NCBI GenBank assembly: GCA_002633005.1
Contig: NMRA01000114.1
Location: forward strand, 803,809-867,808
Direction: 5' to 3'
Source: Phoronis australis
Taxonomy: Eukaryota > Animalia > Phoronida
Length of the DNA: 64,000 nucleotides
The notes under the pieces were generated by a model. The model made no database searches. It saw only the letters and a program-made list of their open reading frames with translations, and was not told the DNA's origin. Position numbers and translations under genes: made by a program. Within the stretch, counting starts at the first letter, position 1. The number at the start of each line of letters is the position of its first letter. Below, in pieces: positions 63,881 through 64,000 of this stretch.

Positions 63881-64000
63881 CCGTAATCGTTCGGGTTAAC
63901 GCCCTGGGCGGTTAAATTGGCGAACCCAAAAAATCGGGGGTGGGCGGTTAACCAGACATGGGCGCTTAAACGTGAAATTTCAAGAAATCGGGGGGGGGGG
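63881..64000. mobile_element. Left end of a Tc1/mariner (pogo/Tigger)-type MITE, truncated by the window edge
   Basis: TA|CCGTA terminus followed by GGGCG(G/C)TTAA subrepeats; similar subrepeats occur at about 4020-4150. Confidence 0.45.

Overview
AT-rich, intron-containing animal genomic DNA, most likely an invertebrate bilaterian (mollusc-like repeat content; taxon is inference only). I spliced four protein-coding genes by hand using GT-AG boundaries with consistent phases. (1) The 3' part of a midnolin (MIDN/stuxnet) orthologue on + (four exons, 132-14692: Catch1, Catch2 split by a 10.5-kb intron, C-terminal helix; the Ubl domain lies upstream of the window). (2) A complete RWDD3/RSUME on - (four exons, 266 aa). 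(3) A complete OMA1 mitochondrial M48 metalloprotease on + (nine coding exons, 449 aa), head-to-head with RWDD3. (4) A NIM1K AMPK-related kinase on - (three coding exons, about 419 aa, ending in CaaX). Non-coding DNA holds a TTAA-flanked Kolobok-like element with about 310-bp TIRs and a decayed THAP ORF, a decayed L1/Tx1-type LINE, many MITEs, tRNA-derived SINE-like heads, minisatellites and a 78-bp perfect palindrome. A scaffold gap is flanked by a haplotype-overlap duplication. The most unusual signals are two independent tandem duplications of OMA1 exon-end/5' splice sites (one gives six in-frame donors plus new acceptors), candidate truncating or recursive splice sites and a CTCF-motif array in the midnolin Catch2 intron, and a uORF whose stop overlaps the NIM1K ATG. 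I found no clearly new multi-gene system; gene identities rest on recalled motifs, not database searches.
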